Below, one piece after another: positions 1-10,886 of a stretch of 64,000 nt of DNA; the stretch's first letter is position 1, and each line of letters begins with the position of its first letter. The notes under the pieces are model-generated. The model was not told the origin of the DNA. It ran no database searches and was given only the letters and a program-made list of their open reading frames with translations. The translations under genes and the position numbers were made by a program. Source of the stretch: Negativicoccus succinicivorans (GTDB taxonomy: Bacteria; Bacillota; Negativicutes; Veillonellales; Negativicoccaceae); assembly GCF_018372215.1 (NCBI RefSeq), contig NZ_JAHAJN010000001.1:85801-149800 (forward strand). The letters are read 5' to 3'.

Positions 1-60
1 TTGCAAAACATTGCCGATTTGCTTACGACATGGTTCGATATTAAAAAACTAGTAGAATAG
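1..60 (+). CDS. trmD: 3' end of an upstream gene (C-terminus ...LQNIADLLTTWFDIKKLVE*). The Firmicutes order trmD-rplS makes TrmD the likely product (partial).
   Basis: Frame-1 ORF runs in from the window edge to TAG at 58-60. Position immediately upstream of rplS matches the conserved rimM-trmD-rplS order. Confidence 0.35.
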   Translation: MQNIADLLTTWFDIKKLVE

Positions 61-61
61 C

Positions 62-90
62 TTGCTTTATTAAGGGTGATATGATAAAAT
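62..90 (+). promoter_or_regulatory. Putative sigma-A promoter for rplS: TTGCTT, 17-bp spacer, TAAAAT. The -10 sits inside a 7-bp inverted repeat GTGATAT-n6-ATATCAC (76-95).
   Basis: Hexamers and spacing read directly from the sequence. Confidence 0.35.
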
Positions 91-161
91 ATCACTGTTA
101 TTTTGGATAGTCCTCTGTTCACCAGGTGGTGGGCAAGAATGTCCGGTAGGAGGAGAACGAT

Positions 162-503
162 ATGAACATCATTCAACAATTGGAACAAGAACAGTTGCGT
201 TCGGACATTCCGGATTTCCGTGCCGGTGATACGGTTCGCGTCCACGCCAAAGTCGTCGAAGGTAATCGTGAACGTATTCAGATTTTTGAAGGCGTTGTCT
301 TGGCGCGCAAAAATGGCGGTGTCCGTGAAACTTTCACAGTGCGTCGTATTGCGTCCGGCGTCGGTGTAGAACGTACATTCCTTGTACATTCCCCGCGTGT
401 GGCCAAAATCGAAGTCAAAAACCGCGGCATCGTACGTCGCGCAAAACTGTACTATCTGCGTCGTTTGACCGGTAAAGCGGCTCGTATTCGTGAACGTCGC
501 TAA
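162..503 (+). CDS. rplS: 50S ribosomal protein L19
   Basis: 113-aa ORF whose sequence ([12 protein letters not shown]...[17 protein letters not shown]) is typical L19. AGGAGG RBS upstream. Confidence 0.95.
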   Translation: MNIIQQLEQEQLRSDIPDFRAGDTVRVHAKVVEGNRERIQIFEGVVLARKNGGVRETFTVRRIASGVGVERTFLVHSPRVAKIEVKNRGIVRRAKLYYLRRLTGKAARIRERR

Positions 504-513
504 GAGTAAGTGA

Positions 514-543
514 AAAGGACTGTATATACAGTCCTTTTTTTAT
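514..543 (+). terminator. Rho-independent terminator after rplS (stem aaaggactgtatatacagtcc followed by a T-run)
   Basis: Perfect hairpin plus T8 seen directly after the stop codon. Confidence 0.6.
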
Positions 544-610
544 ATAATAAAATAGAAGAGGCATTGTCGATTATTGATTTATCATAGGATATAAATAAAG
601 GAGGTGCATC

Positions 611-1477
611 ATGCTTATCCAATGGTTTCCCGGGCACATGGCCAAAGCGCAACGTCTAATTAAAGAGCAGCTAAAAGCTATCGATGTCGTCGTGGAGCTG
701 AGGGATGCACGTGTGCCCGCTTCGAGCGAAAATCCGTTGCTGCGTGAACTGATTCAGACAAAGCCACGGATTTTATTATTAAATAAAGCCGATTTGGCAG
801 ATCCCAAAATTTCTGCACAATGGCAACAATATTTTGCCAAGCGAGGAATTACGACGCTACTCATAGACAGCACGTCTAAGTCCAGTCGTAAGCGTTTGAT
901 TCAGGAAATTCGGCAAGCGGCAGCACCATTACTTGAACGCTGGAAGCGTCGAGGTATTCGAGCGCGTTCCGTGCGTACGATGATTTTAGGGATTCCCAAC
1001 GTCGGTAAATCGACGCTTATTAATACGCTGGCTAAAAGTTATATTGCTCATACGGCCAATCGTCCCGGTAAAACGCGCGGCCAACAGTGGGTAAAGTTGG
1101 CGGATGGCGTTGAATTGATGGATACACCGGGTGTTTTATGGCCGAAGTTTGAAGATCCTGTGGTGGGTCAAAAGTTGGCCGCCACCGGCGCCATCACCGA
1201 TGAAGTGTTTGATGCGGAAGATGTAGTCAGAAATCTGCTGACTTATATCGATGAAAACTACCCGGGTGCTCTTATGGAACGCTATGGAATTCAAACAGAA
1301 TCGGGGACACCTGATGAATGGTTAACGGAAATTGCTAAAAAACGAGGTGCATTGCTACCCAAAGGTGAATATGACCACCATAAGGCACGCCAATTCGTTT
1401 TGGGTGATTTTCGTCAATTACGGCTGGGTAAAATCAGTTTAGAGACCCCGCCTGCCGAGGCAAGCCAAAATGGCTGA
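611..1477 (+). CDS. rbgA: Ribosome biogenesis GTPase A (YlqF/RbgA)
   Basis: N-terminus MLIQWFPGHMAKA is the RbgA signature. Circularly permuted GTPase motifs are present (NKADL, GIPNVGKST). AGGAGGTG RBS. Confidence 0.9.
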   Translation: MLIQWFPGHMAKAQRLIKEQLKAIDVVVELRDARVPASSENPLLRELIQTKPRILLLNKADLADPKISAQWQQYFAKRGITTLLIDSTSKSSRKRLIQEIRQAAAPLLERWKRRGIRARSVRTMILGIPNVGKSTLINTLAKSYIAHTANRPGKTRGQQWVKLADGVELMDTPGVLWPKFEDPVVGQKLAATGAITDEVFDAEDVVRNLLTYIDENYPGALMERYGIQTESGTPDEWLTEIAKKRGALLPKGEYDHHKARQFVLGDFRQLRLGKISLETPPAEASQNG

Positions 1478-2249
1478 GCAGAAAAAAGAAACAATTGCCA
1501 TGATTCGTTCACGTTTGGCAGAAGTACCCACCCCGGAAGAGTTATTACGCTGGAGTTTGGATGGTCGCCTGGGTGTTCGGCAGGCTTTGCAGCAATACGC
1601 GCGTCGCCAGAACAAGGTGCGTCAGGAACACGAGCGTTTACGAGCTCTCTATCGATATGAGGAGCATTGGTATGCACAAGGCAAACTGCATATTGCCGGC
1701 ACCGATGAAGCGGGACGCGGACCGGTAGCCGGTCCGGTGACGGTGGCTGCAGTTATTTTGCCGCCGCATGCTATGTTGGACGGACTCAACGATTCTAAAA
1801 AGCTTTCGGCTGTGAAGCGGGAAAAATTATTCAAAGAAATTATTGAAACTGCTGTTGCCTATAAAATTTTGCATATTCCTGTCGAAGTCATTGATTCCGT
1901 CAACATTTATCAGGCAGTACTTGACGGCATGCAGGCCGCGACTATGTCATTACAACCGGCGGCACAAGTGCTGCTGTCAGATGCCATGCCGGTTACCTTA
2001 CCGATTCCGGTGCAGGCGATTATTCGGGGCGATTCGCAAAGTGCTTCCATTGCGGCAGCCTCTATTTTGGCGAAAGTCAGTCGTGACCATTTAATGGAAG
2101 AGTTGGATATACAATATCCGCAATACGGCTTTGCTACTCATAAAGGCTATCTTACGGAACATCATTTAAGTATGTTAAAAAAATACGGGCCGTCACCGGT
2201 TCATCGTAAAAGTTTTGAACCGATTAAAAGTATGATCAATGCATTCTAA
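1470..2249 (+). CDS. rnhB: Ribonuclease HII (long form with N-terminal extension, as in Bacillus)
   Basis: IAGTDEAGRGPVAGPV catalytic motif and DSKKLS motif. Overlaps the rbgA stop. Matches the rplS-ylqF-rnhB synteny. Confidence 0.9.
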   Translation: MAEQKKETIAMIRSRLAEVPTPEELLRWSLDGRLGVRQALQQYARRQNKVRQEHERLRALYRYEEHWYAQGKLHIAGTDEAGRGPVAGPVTVAAVILPPHAMLDGLNDSKKLSAVKREKLFKEIIETAVAYKILHIPVEVIDSVNIYQAVLDGMQAATMSLQPAAQVLLSDAMPVTLPIPVQAIIRGDSQSASIAAASILAKVSRDHLMEELDIQYPQYGFATHKGYLTEHHLSMLKKYGPSPVHRKSFEPIKSMINAF

Positions 2250-2252
2250 TGG

Positions 2253-2636
2253 ATGCGCAATACACCGAAGGAAGAGGTTTGCGTGAGTCGACATAATGAT
2301 TTAGGGGCAGAAGGGGAAGCGCTTGCCGCCTCATATTTGGAAACGCAGGGATATTGTATTCGAGCACGTAATTTTCGTAGCGGTAAGGGTGAAATCGACA
2401 TCATCGCAAGCGACGGTAACACACTTGTGTTTGTCGAAGTGAAAACACGCTCTACCGAACGTTTTGGTCTGCCGCGTGAAGCGGTCACGCCTTTTAAACA
2501 AAACATGTTACGCAAAACTGCGATGGCCTATTTAGTTCAACTGCCAAAAGAGATACCGTGCCGCTTTGACGTTGTGGAAATTCAAATACACGCCAACGGA
2601 ACCTATCAACTAAATCAGCTGAAAAACGCTTTTTAG
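2253..2636 (+). CDS. yraN: YraN family (UPF0102) endonuclease-like protein
   Basis: GAEGEALAASYLETQGY...EIDIIA...VFVEVKTR is the UPF0102 signature. The start could instead be the GTG at 2283. Confidence 0.75.
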   Translation: MRNTPKEEVCVSRHNDLGAEGEALAASYLETQGYCIRARNFRSGKGEIDIIASDGNTLVFVEVKTRSTERFGLPREAVTPFKQNMLRKTAMAYLVQLPKEIPCRFDVVEIQIHANGTYQLNQLKNAF

Positions 2637-2646
2637 GAGGAGAAAT

Positions 2647-4167
2647 ATGTTTGCACGAGTGTTTGGAGCCACCACGTTCGGATTAAGCGGACATTTGATT
2701 TTAGTCGAAGTGGATTTAGCTAACGGCTTGCCTGCGTATGATATTGTCGGCTTACCGACGCAGGCTGTTAGGGAGTCCAAAGAAAGAGTGCGCCCTGCAC
2801 TGAAAAACTCCGGGCTGGAGTTTCCGTTGCGTAAGATTACTGTGAATTTGGCTCCGGCTGATTTGAAAAAAGAAGGGGCGGGACTGGACTTAGCGATTGC
2901 GATAGGCATACTCGCAGCCGGCGGAACGTTACAACGAGAGAGCTTGGCAGATACGGTCAGTATCGGTGAACTGGCATTGGACGGCAAGGTGCGTCCCGTT
3001 AACGGTGTCTTGCCGATGGTCATTGCTGCCAAAGAATCGGGTAAAAAACGTTTTTTTGTCGCACCGCAAAATGTGCAGGAAGCTCTTTTATGTAACGGTA
3101 TTGAAGTTTATGCAGTCACTTCCTTGCGAGACTTGGTTCGTTATTTGCAAGGTGAAATCGTTTGGAAAGCGGCAGTGCCCGAATCCGAACAGGAAGATGT
3201 GCCGGAGGTGAATGAAGACTTCGCGGAGGTGCAGGGGCAAATTATGGCGAAACGCGCGTTGGAAATTGCCGCGGCTGGCGGGCATAATGTCTTAATGATC
3301 GGACCGCCGGGTTCAGGCAAAACGATGCTGGCGCGTAGAATCAATTCCATTTTGCCGCCGCTTTCACATGAAGAAGCACTGGAAGTGACTAAAATTTACA
3401 GCGTGGCAGGCTTGTTTGATGTGTCGCGGACAGCTGCATTGCACGCCCGACCGTTTCGCAGTCCGCATCATACCGTATCGACGGCAGCCTTAATCGGTGG
3501 TGGCAGCATTCCCAAGCCGGGAGAAGTCACACTCAGTCATAAAGGTGTATTGTTTCTTGATGAATTACCGGAATTTCCGCGTTCTGTTTTAGAAGTGTTA
3601 CGCCAGCCACTGGAAGATCGAGTTGTCCATATATCACGTGTGAATGCCAGCCTGACGTATCCTGCCGATTTTATTTTAATCAGTGCGATGAATCCGTGTC
3701 CCTGCGGGTTTAACGGTGATCCGGACAAAGAATGCACCTGCTCGAGCGGTGATATTCGCCGTTACTTGCGCAAAATTTCAGGACCATTGCTGGATCGTAT
3801 CGATCTGCATGTAAGTGTGCAACGACCGAAGTACACGGAACTTACCGCGACCCGTGCGGAAGAATCGTCAGAGGTCATTCGCGCTCGTGTTAAGTTGGCC
3901 CGTGAGAGACAGGCAAAACGCTTGGCTATTTACGGGATGCGCACGAACTCCCAAATGCAACATCGCCAGATTAAAGAAACATGTGGAATGACACCACGTG
4001 CGCAACAAATTCTGGCGGATGTATTTAATCGTCTGCATTTAAGTGCACGTGCTTACGACCGAATCATAAAAGTGTCACGTACAATTGCCGATCTGCAGGG
4101 CAAAGACATCATCGATGCGGAGCAAATTGCGGAAGCAGTAAGTTACCGTGCACAAGACAAGGAGTAG
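2647..4167 (+). CDS. comM: YifB/ComM family Mg-chelatase-like AAA+ ATPase
   Basis: 506 aa with an N-terminal Lon-like domain, Walker A GPPGSGKT, and a C-terminal ComM region. Confidence 0.9.
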   Translation: MFARVFGATTFGLSGHLILVEVDLANGLPAYDIVGLPTQAVRESKERVRPALKNSGLEFPLRKITVNLAPADLKKEGAGLDLAIAIGILAAGGTLQRESLADTVSIGELALDGKVRPVNGVLPMVIAAKESGKKRFFVAPQNVQEALLCNGIEVYAVTSLRDLVRYLQGEIVWKAAVPESEQEDVPEVNEDFAEVQGQIMAKRALEIAAAGGHNVLMIGPPGSGKTMLARRINSILPPLSHEEALEVTKIYSVAGLFDVSRTAALHARPFRSPHHTVSTAALIGGGSIPKPGEVTLSHKGVLFLDELPEFPRSVLEVLRQPLEDRVVHISRVNASLTYPADFILISAMNPCPCGFNGDPDKECTCSSGDIRRYLRKISGPLLDRIDLHVSVQRPKYTELTATRAEESSEVIRARVKLARERQAKRLAIYGMRTNSQMQHRQIKETCGMTPRAQQILADVFNRLHLSARAYDRIIKVSRTIADLQGKDIIDAEQIAEAVSYRAQDKE

Positions 4168-4217
4168 AGAAGTGTTATGATTTCTACTCGAAGGAATAAA
4201 CTATTTTATTTAAGTCG

Positions 4218-5324
4218 GTGAATAAAATGGACATGAAAAGGGAAGAAGTATACGCGGCGGCGCTGCAAAAGACGGCGTATGTAGGTGCGGTCAAATTACG
4301 TCAACTGATTCGTTTTTTCGGTAGTTTCGAAGCGATTTGGCAAGCTTCCGAAAAGGCGTTACTGGCATCCCATACATTAGGGCCTAAATCGCTCGCAGGA
4401 TTTTTGGCGCAACGAAAAATGATTGAACCCGAAAAGATTTGGGAGGCCAATCAAAAATGGGGCGTCATCTTACTGACCTTTCAAGATGCCGATTTTCCCA
4501 AACGTTTACAGAATGATCCTCATGCGCCGGCCATACTTGCATATCGTGGTACGTGGCGAGAACCGGAAAAAGCGATCGCCATCGTCGGTTCGCGCAAGCC
4601 GACGCCGTATGGGATTAATGCCGCGCGTTTGTTTGCCGGAGAGCTGAGTAAGGCAGGTGTTGCTATCATCAGCGGCGGTGCACGCGGTATAGATTCCACA
4701 AGTCATCGGGCTGCGCTTCCTGACGGGTATACGATTTGTGTGTTGGCTTGTGGTTTGGATATTCCCTATCCGCCGGAAAATAAGTCATTATTTGATGAAA
4801 TCGCGCAACACGGTGTAGTGATATCGGAATATGCGTTGGGAACCAAACCGTTGGGGCGACAATTTCCGGCACGCAATCGCATCATCAGCGGATTAAGCGA
4901 CGGGGTGTTGGTTATTGAAGCGGCGAAACGCAGCGGCACATTGATTACGGCAGACTTTGCTTTGGAGGCGGGGCGTGATGTATTCGCGGTTCCAGGCAGC
5001 ATTTTTTCACCGATGTCGGTGGGCACGCATCACTTATTGCGACAAGGAGCGGCGTTGGCCGCGGAGCCAAACGATATTTTACGCGAATATAATTGGTTGG
5101 ATACGGAGCGTGAAGTGGGCTCGGTAACCGGTCCGGATTTGACACCGACCGAGGAATTAGTGTACCGTTGTTGCCAGTTGGAGAAAACAGTCGACATGGA
5201 TACGATTATTCTTCGTTCCGCTTTACACCCGACAGAAGCGAACTATATATTGCTACAATTAGAATTAAAAGGACTTATACAACAATGTGGAAATCAAAAA
5301 TATATGGCAATGATTTCCAGATAG
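4218..5324 (+). CDS. dprA: DNA processing protein DprA (Smf)
   Basis: Rossmann-like DprA core (IVGSRKPTPYG...SGGARGIDS...). The start could be ATG 4227 (RBS GGTGA) rather than GTG 4218. Confidence 0.85.
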   Translation: MNKMDMKREEVYAAALQKTAYVGAVKLRQLIRFFGSFEAIWQASEKALLASHTLGPKSLAGFLAQRKMIEPEKIWEANQKWGVILLTFQDADFPKRLQNDPHAPAILAYRGTWREPEKAIAIVGSRKPTPYGINAARLFAGELSKAGVAIISGGARGIDSTSHRAALPDGYTICVLACGLDIPYPPENKSLFDEIAQHGVVISEYALGTKPLGRQFPARNRIISGLSDGVLVIEAAKRSGTLITADFALEAGRDVFAVPGSIFSPMSVGTHHLLRQGAALAAEPNDILREYNWLDTEREVGSVTGPDLTPTEELVYRCCQLEKTVDMDTIILRSALHPTEANYILLQLELKGLIQQCGNQKYMAMISR

Positions 5325-5333
5325 GAGGCAGCA

Positions 5334-7505
5334 TTGTCCATTAAACGCACAATTTCAATCGGACGCAAAAACAGTGCCGGTAAGCCGGCTGTTGTCAAGG
5401 CACCGAAATGGGAGCGCACACCGAATCCGAGCGGGAAACATCTCGTGATTGTGGAGTCTCCCGCCAAGGCGAAAACGATTGAAAAAATTCTCGGTAAAAA
5501 TTATAAAGTTATGGCCAGCATGGGACATTTGCGCGATTTACCGAAAAACTCGCTCGGTGTCGATGTGGACAACGGATTTATGCCGCGGTATACGAATGTT
5601 TCCGATCGCCATGATGTAATTTCCCATTTACGTGCGGAAGCTAATAGATCGCGCGATGTTATCCTCGCCACTGACCCTGACCGCGAGGGAGAAGCTATTT
5701 CTCATCATTTGTCGGTGCTGTTGGATGTTCCGGCGGATGAGAATGTGCGAATTACATTTAATGAAATTACGCCGCATGCGATCAAAGAAGCGATCGCCCA
5801 GCCGCGTCCGATTGATGAGCAGAGAGTAGATGCTCAACAGGCACGTCGGGTTCTTGACAGGCTTGTCGGTTATAAATTAAGCCCTTTTCTTTGGAAAAAA
5901 GTATTTCGCGGTCTAAGCGCGGGACGCGTGCAGTCGGTGGCAGTGCGTTTGATTTGTGAACGCGAAGAAGAAATCAAGGCATTTGTACCGGAGGAATACT
6001 GGTCTATTGAAGCCAATTATCATGCCGGCAAAGGCAAATCATTTACCGCCAAGGTAGTTCGGTATGACGACAAAGAGTTGGCCGTTGCGCAGGAAAGCGT
6101 CGCCAGCGACTTAGTCGAAGAATTGAAAGCGGCGGACGCGTATGTCGAAAAACTGACACGAGGTCAGCAACGCCGTCGACCGCAAGCGCCGTTCACTACC
6201 AGTACGATGCAACAAGACAGTGTCAACCGACTGAATTTCGGTGCGCGCAAGACCATGATGATTGCGCAGCAATTGTATGAAGGTCTGGATATTCGTGGCA
6301 CTCATGTCGGCTTGATTACTTACATGCGTACCGACTCTGTACGAATCGCGGAAGAGATGCAGAAAGAAGCAAAGCAGTACATTACCGAAACTTATGGTAA
6401 AGAGTACGTACCTGAATCACCGAATAAATACTCGAAGCAACAGCAGAGTCAAGATGCGCATGAGGCGATTCGTCCGACGTCCTTAGCATATTCTCCCGCG
6501 GAAGTCGCCCCCTTTTTAAATCGGGATCAGCTGAAATTATATACGTTGATTTGGAATCGTTTTCTGGCCAGTCAAATGACGCCGCAAATTGCGCAACGTT
6601 TAACCGTGACCATTCGCGCCGGAAAATTTGAGCTGCGCGCCGTAGGCCGTCATATTATTTTTGACGGTTTCACCGCAGTTTACGGGACGAAAGATAAAAA
6701 AGAAGAAACGATTTTACCGGAGTTGCACAAAGATGATGCGCTGACGGTCAAAAAAATCGAGGCGAAACAACACTTCACGCAACCGCCGGCAAGGTATACG
6801 GAAGCAAGCTTAATTAAACTTTTGGAAGAAAAAGGAATCGGTCGCCCGAGTACATATGCGCCGATTTTGGATACCATTCAAAAACGCAACTATGTCGAAA
6901 AGCGTGATAAAGCATTTATTCCCACGGAACTGGGTTTTGTTGTGGTGGATCTTCTGAAACGCTTTTTCAGCAAGGTCGTTGATGTTAAATTCACCTCGCG
7001 TATGGAAGAGGAATTGGATAAAATTGCCGAGGGTGAACTAAGCTACGAACAACTGTTGGAAAGCTTTTACAAAGTATTTGCACAGGAACTTTCCGACGCG
7101 GAACAAAAAATCGACAAAGTGAAAGTTATGGAGCAGGAATCCGATGTTATCTGCGATAAATGCGGCGCTAAAATGATTTATAAATTTGGCAGGTATGGGA
7201 AATTCTTAGCATGCCCGAATTTCCCGGAATGTAAAAATACTAAGCCGCTTACCGATCCGATCGGTATTGCCTGTCCGAAATGCAAAAAAGGACACATCGT
7301 TCGCCGTAAATCCAAACGTGGCCGTGTTTTCTATGGTTGCGATCGGTATCCGGAATGCGATTTGGCATTGTGGAATGAACCGGTGGATCAATTTTGTAAG
7401 GAATGCGGATCGATTATGGTAAAAAAGAAGACACGCCAACGGGGCGAAGAAATTATTTGCAGCAACAAGGAGTGCCCGACGCATGGCAGCCATAAGAAAA
7501 AATGA
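5334..7505 (+). CDS. topA: DNA topoisomerase I
   Basis: TOPRIM N-terminus [17 protein letters not shown]. 723 aa with C-terminal Cys4 zinc-ribbon repeats. TTG start after an AGGAGG RBS. Confidence 0.95.
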   Translation: MSIKRTISIGRKNSAGKPAVVKAPKWERTPNPSGKHLVIVESPAKAKTIEKILGKNYKVMASMGHLRDLPKNSLGVDVDNGFMPRYTNVSDRHDVISHLRAEANRSRDVILATDPDREGEAISHHLSVLLDVPADENVRITFNEITPHAIKEAIAQPRPIDEQRVDAQQARRVLDRLVGYKLSPFLWKKVFRGLSAGRVQSVAVRLICEREEEIKAFVPEEYWSIEANYHAGKGKSFTAKVVRYDDKELAVAQESVASDLVEELKAADAYVEKLTRGQQRRRPQAPFTTSTMQQDSVNRLNFGARKTMMIAQQLYEGLDIRGTHVGLITYMRTDSVRIAEEMQKEAKQYITETYGKEYVPESPNKYSKQQQSQDAHEAIRPTSLAYSPAEVAPFLNRDQLKLYTLIWNRFLASQMTPQIAQRLTVTIRAGKFELRAVGRHIIFDGFTAVYGTKDKKEETILPELHKDDALTVKKIEAKQHFTQPPARYTEASLIKLLEEKGIGRPSTYAPILDTIQKRNYVEKRDKAFIPTELGFVVVDLLKRFFSKVVDVKFTSRMEEELDKIAEGELSYEQLLESFYKVFAQELSDAEQKIDKVKVMEQESDVICDKCGAKMIYKFGRYGKFLACPNFPECKNTKPLTDPIGIACPKCKKGHIVRRKSKRGRVFYGCDRYPECDLALWNEPVDQFCKECGSIMVKKKTRQRGEEIICSNKECPTHGSHKKK

Positions 7506-8808
7506 AGTGATTACCGTCATCGGTGCCGGACTGGCGGGGTGTGAAGCCGCTTGGCAGGCAGCGCAAGAAGGAGTACGTGTTCGCTTACTGGAAATGAAAC
7601 CGAAACGGTATACACCGGCACACACTTTGCCGCATTTTGCCGAACTCGTTTGCAGCAATTCGTTGCGTGCGGCAGAAATTACGAATGCGGTAGGACTTTT
7701 GAAGGAAGAAATGCGGCAATTGAATTCGCTTATCATGCAGGCGGCTGATACGCATCAAGTGCCGGCCGGCGGTGCACTTGCCGTTGATCGGGAAGGCTAT
7801 GCGCAGGCAGTGACCGATGCGATCAAAAACCATCCCTTGATCGAAGTGGTTACGGAAGAGGTCATGTCCATCCCGGAAGACGGTATTGTAATCGTTGCCA
7901 CCGGTCCGCTTACGGATGGTAAGTTAGCGGAGTCGATCGCAGCATTCAGCGGGGAAGACTATTTCCACTTTTTTGATGCCGCGGCGCCAATTGTGTATTT
8001 AGAGTCATTGAACCAAGATATAGTGTATCGCGCTTCGCGTTACAATAAAGGTCCGGCAGCATATCTCAACTGTCCATTCAATAAAGAAGAATATTTGCGC
8101 TTTCGCGAAGAACTTATCGCAGCGGAGGTAGCGGGCCAACATCATTTTGAAAAAGGCGAAATATTTGAAGGCTGCATGCCGATTGAAGTGCTCGGTAATC
8201 GCGGAGAAGATACCATGCGATTCGGACCGTTGAAGCCGGTAGGTTTGCCGGATCCGCGTACGGGCGAAGAACCGTATGCGGTGGTTCAATTGCGCCAGGA
8301 TAATGCAGAAGGCACGTTATACAATCTTGTCGGTTTTCAGACACATCTGAAATGGGGCGAACAAAAGCGGATTTTCCGCATGATTCCCGGCATGGAAAAT
8401 GCGGAATTCGCGCGTTTCGGCGTAATGCATCGCAACAGCTATATTAATTCCCCAAAGCTACTTCAAGCGACATTGCAAACTAAAAAACGCCCTACCTTGT
8501 TTTTTGCGGGACAAATTACCGGCGTGGAGGGGTATGTGGAATCTGCCGCTGCCGGTTTGCTTGCCGGTCGTAACGCGGCACGTTTGCTGCATGGTAAAAT
8601 GCTTTGGGAACCGCCGGCAACAACGGCAATCGGTAGTTTGATGCAATATATCTCGACCGATAACAAAGATAACTTCCAACCAATGAATGTAAATTTCGGC
8701 TTAATCGCTCCGTTAGCTAAGCGCGTTCCTAAAAAAGAAAAGAACATGGCACTTGCTAATCGGGCCTTGGAAGCATTGCAGGTGGCGATTGCCAATGACG
8801 AAATCTGA
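7483..8808 (+). CDS. trmFO: Methylenetetrahydrofolate--tRNA-(uracil54-C5)-methyltransferase TrmFO (Gid)
   Basis: FAD-binding N-terminus [16 protein letters not shown]. About 440 aa. Conserved dprA-topA-gid synteny. Confidence 0.9.
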   Translation: MAAIRKNEVITVIGAGLAGCEAAWQAAQEGVRVRLLEMKPKRYTPAHTLPHFAELVCSNSLRAAEITNAVGLLKEEMRQLNSLIMQAADTHQVPAGGALAVDREGYAQAVTDAIKNHPLIEVVTEEVMSIPEDGIVIVATGPLTDGKLAESIAAFSGEDYFHFFDAAAPIVYLESLNQDIVYRASRYNKGPAAYLNCPFNKEEYLRFREELIAAEVAGQHHFEKGEIFEGCMPIEVLGNRGEDTMRFGPLKPVGLPDPRTGEEPYAVVQLRQDNAEGTLYNLVGFQTHLKWGEQKRIFRMIPGMENAEFARFGVMHRNSYINSPKLLQATLQTKKRPTLFFAGQITGVEGYVESAAAGLLAGRNAARLLHGKMLWEPPATTAIGSLMQYISTDNKDNFQPMNVNFGLIAPLAKRVPKKEKNMALANRALEALQVAIANDEI

Positions 8809-8811
8809 AAT

Positions 8812-8843
8812 AAAAAATGACGTCGATTGACGTCATTTTTTAT
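8812..8843. terminator. Bidirectional rho-independent terminator between convergent trmFO and lgt (aaaaaatgacgtcgattgacgtcattttttat)
   Basis: Perfect hairpin flanked by A-run and T-run, so it is usable on both strands. Confidence 0.6.
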
Positions 8844-9648
8844 TGCGTTTACTCGCCTTTGTCGGAGTAGGTGGAACGGCTTTTTGCGGTTTGCGGTACG
8901 CGAAGTATACAAATGCACTCAGGGCAGCGAAAAAAGCAATAAGAGAAGTCAGTTGCGCCGACTTTAACTCCCATAGCAGTGTTCCATAATCGCCGCGTAA
9001 AAATTCCAAACCGAAGCGCGCTATTGAATACAACATAATGTAGAGCGCGAATACCTGCCCTTTGGCATGAGAGCGCAATGAATAAGCAAGTAAGATGACA
9101 AAGATCAGAACATCAATTTGGCCTTCCCAAATTTCTGCCGGCCATAGGGGTTGTGCGCCATATGTGTGATACGCAAGTGTAGTTTCGGGATATAGGATAC
9201 CAAATGAACCGCCGGTCGGATGACCGAAGGCATCACCGTTCATGAGATTCGCCATGCGTCCGACACTCTGGCCCATGACAATGGCAGGTGCAACCAGGTC
9301 GGCAAAGTCTAAAATATCGACGCGGCGTTTACGTAAATAGTACAGAGCGGCTAAAATACCGAACAATAAACCACCCTGAATGGCCATGCCGCCTTGCCAT
9401 ACAAACGGAATTTCTAAAAGGTGATCTTGGTAGTAGTCCCAGTCAAAAAAGAAAACATCCCAAAGACGACCGCCAATAATTCCCCAGAGTCCGCAGTAAA
9501 CGGTAAGATCCCAAATGTATTCCGAATAACGTCCCGCTTTGCGTGTGAAATAATAGGCAAGCAGGCCGCCGGTAATAATTCCCAGAGCAAAAAACAATCC
9601 GTAGCTGCGAATCGGAAATGAGCCGATAAAAAACAGATATTGATGCAT
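8833..9648 (-). CDS. lgt: Prolipoprotein diacylglyceryl transferase
   Basis: Lgt N-terminus (IGSFPIRSYGLFFALG). Polytopic membrane protein of 271 aa. Confidence 0.9.
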   Translation of the reverse strand: MHQYLFFIGSFPIRSYGLFFALGIITGGLLAYYFTRKAGRYSEYIWDLTVYCGLWGIIGGRLWDVFFFDWDYYQDHLLEIPFVWQGGMAIQGGLLFGILAALYYLRKRRVDILDFADLVAPAIVMGQSVGRMANLMNGDAFGHPTGGSFGILYPETTLAYHTYGAQPLWPAEIWEGQIDVLIFVILLAYSLRSHAKGQVFALYIMLYSIARFGLEFLRGDYGTLLWELKSAQLTSLIAFFAALSAFVYFAYRKPQKAVPPTPTKASKRNKK

Positions 9649-9757
9649 AAATTCTCCTTAAACACTTTCAATAATCTTATTATACAGCATCCATGATGAG
9701 GGCATACATGAGATGTCGATGGGCTGGATACAAAAATCGTTTAGAAGATTTTCTATA

Positions 9758-9766
9758 TGCTATAAT
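9758..9766 (+). promoter_or_regulatory. Extended -10 element (TGcTATAAT) of the putative mnmA promoter
   Basis: TGnTATAAT motif about 25 nt upstream of the GGAGG RBS of mnmA. Confidence 0.35.
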
Positions 9767-9791
9767 AAAATGGTATGTAAGGAGGAATAGT

Positions 9792-10886
9792 ATGAGCAAA
9801 AAGCGCGTAGCGGTCGCTATGAGCGGTGGTGTTGACAGCTCATTAGTAACGGCGCGTTTGCAAGCGCAAGGTTATGATGTTATCGGTGTCACCATGCTGC
9901 TCTTTGATACCGTGAAAAATAATAAAGTAGTTGAATCTGCCGCGATTACGGATGCCAAGCGGGTAGCGGATCAATTGGCAGTGCCGCATTATGTGTTGGA
10001 TTTACGCCAATCTTTTGAAGAAAAAATTATGCAATATTTTACACAATCGTATGCTCGCGGGATTACTCCCAATCCATGTGTAATGTGCAACGATTGGATT
10101 AAATTTGGGAGTTTGTACGAGTTTAGCCGTGACCTTGACGCCGATTTTTTGGCGACAGGACACTATGCACGCGTTCTTTATAATCAAGAAAGTGACCTTT
10201 ATGAACTGCGTCGCGGTGCGGATCTGAAAAAAGATCAGTCGTATGTGTTGTATCATTTAAACCAAAAGATGTTACCCCACATTATGTTCCCGTTGGGAGA
10301 AATGCATAAGGAAGATACGCGGGCTTTGGCAAAAGAATTGAACTTACCCGTATACAATAAACCGGAGAGTCAAGATATTTGTTTTATTCCCGACAATGAT
10401 CACATCCGTTTTTTGAAAGAGCGTATTCCCGAGCAATTTGTGCCGGGAGATATTGTCGATCTTGAAGGCAATATATTAGGAGCGCATCAAGGGTTACCGG
10501 CATATACCATCGGCCAACGTAAAGGTCTTGGTGTGGCGGCAGAACATCCGTTATACGTGGTCGCTATCGATGCGGAAAATAACCGTGTCATTGTCGGCCC
10601 TAATGCGTCCATTTTCCAACGGGAAGTATGGGCGTTGGATCCGTCATTTACGGAATGGGAAACTTGCACAGAACCGTTTACCGCGCAAGCTAAAATCCGC
10701 TACGCGGCACCGGCAGCAGACTGTACTGTATATCCGGTAAAAGATGGCGTGCATGTAGTCTTTAAAGAACCGCAGCGTGCGGTAACGCCGGGCCAATCGA
10801 TTGTTTTCTATGACGGCGATCGAGTGCTTGGCGGCGCTATTATAGGACAAAATCATTGGCAAGGGGAGAACATTCGTGTCCACTGA
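9792..10886 (+). CDS. mnmA: tRNA 2-thiouridine(34) synthase MnmA
   Basis: PP-loop [13 protein letters not shown] chose ATG 9792 (GGAGGAAtagtATG) over the upstream in-frame ATG 9693, which lacks an RBS. Confidence 0.9.
   Translation: MSKKRVAVAMSGGVDSSLVTARLQAQGYDVIGVTMLLFDTVKNNKVVESAAITDAKRVADQLAVPHYVLDLRQSFEEKIMQYFTQSYARGITPNPCVMCNDWIKFGSLYEFSRDLDADFLATGHYARVLYNQESDLYELRRGADLKKDQSYVLYHLNQKMLPHIMFPLGEMHKEDTRALAKELNLPVYNKPESQDICFIPDNDHIRFLKERIPEQFVPGDIVDLEGNILGAHQGLPAYTIGQRKGLGVAAEHPLYVVAIDAENNRVIVGPNASIFQREVWALDPSFTEWETCTEPFTAQAKIRYAAPAADCTVYPVKDGVHVVFKEPQRAVTPGQSIVFYDGDRVLGGAIIGQNHWQGENIRVH

Noticed and set aside
2610-3032. Antisense and out-of-frame ORFs of 60 to 180 aa inside well-supported genes (for example 2610-3032, 7206-7736, 8463-8918, 15896-16306, 16581-17003, 17496-17933, 20387-20656, 40546-40995, 52594-53094, 53388-53843)
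   Set aside because: They are shadow ORFs overlapping highly conserved housekeeping genes on the opposite strand or in another frame. They have no RBS and low-complexity or Arg/Cys-rich translations.
9693-9791. 33-codon N-terminal extension of mnmA from ATG 9693
   Set aside because: There is no RBS, and it lies upstream of the extended -10 promoter. ATG 9792 has GGAGGAA at ideal spacing and begins the conserved [17 protein letters not shown].
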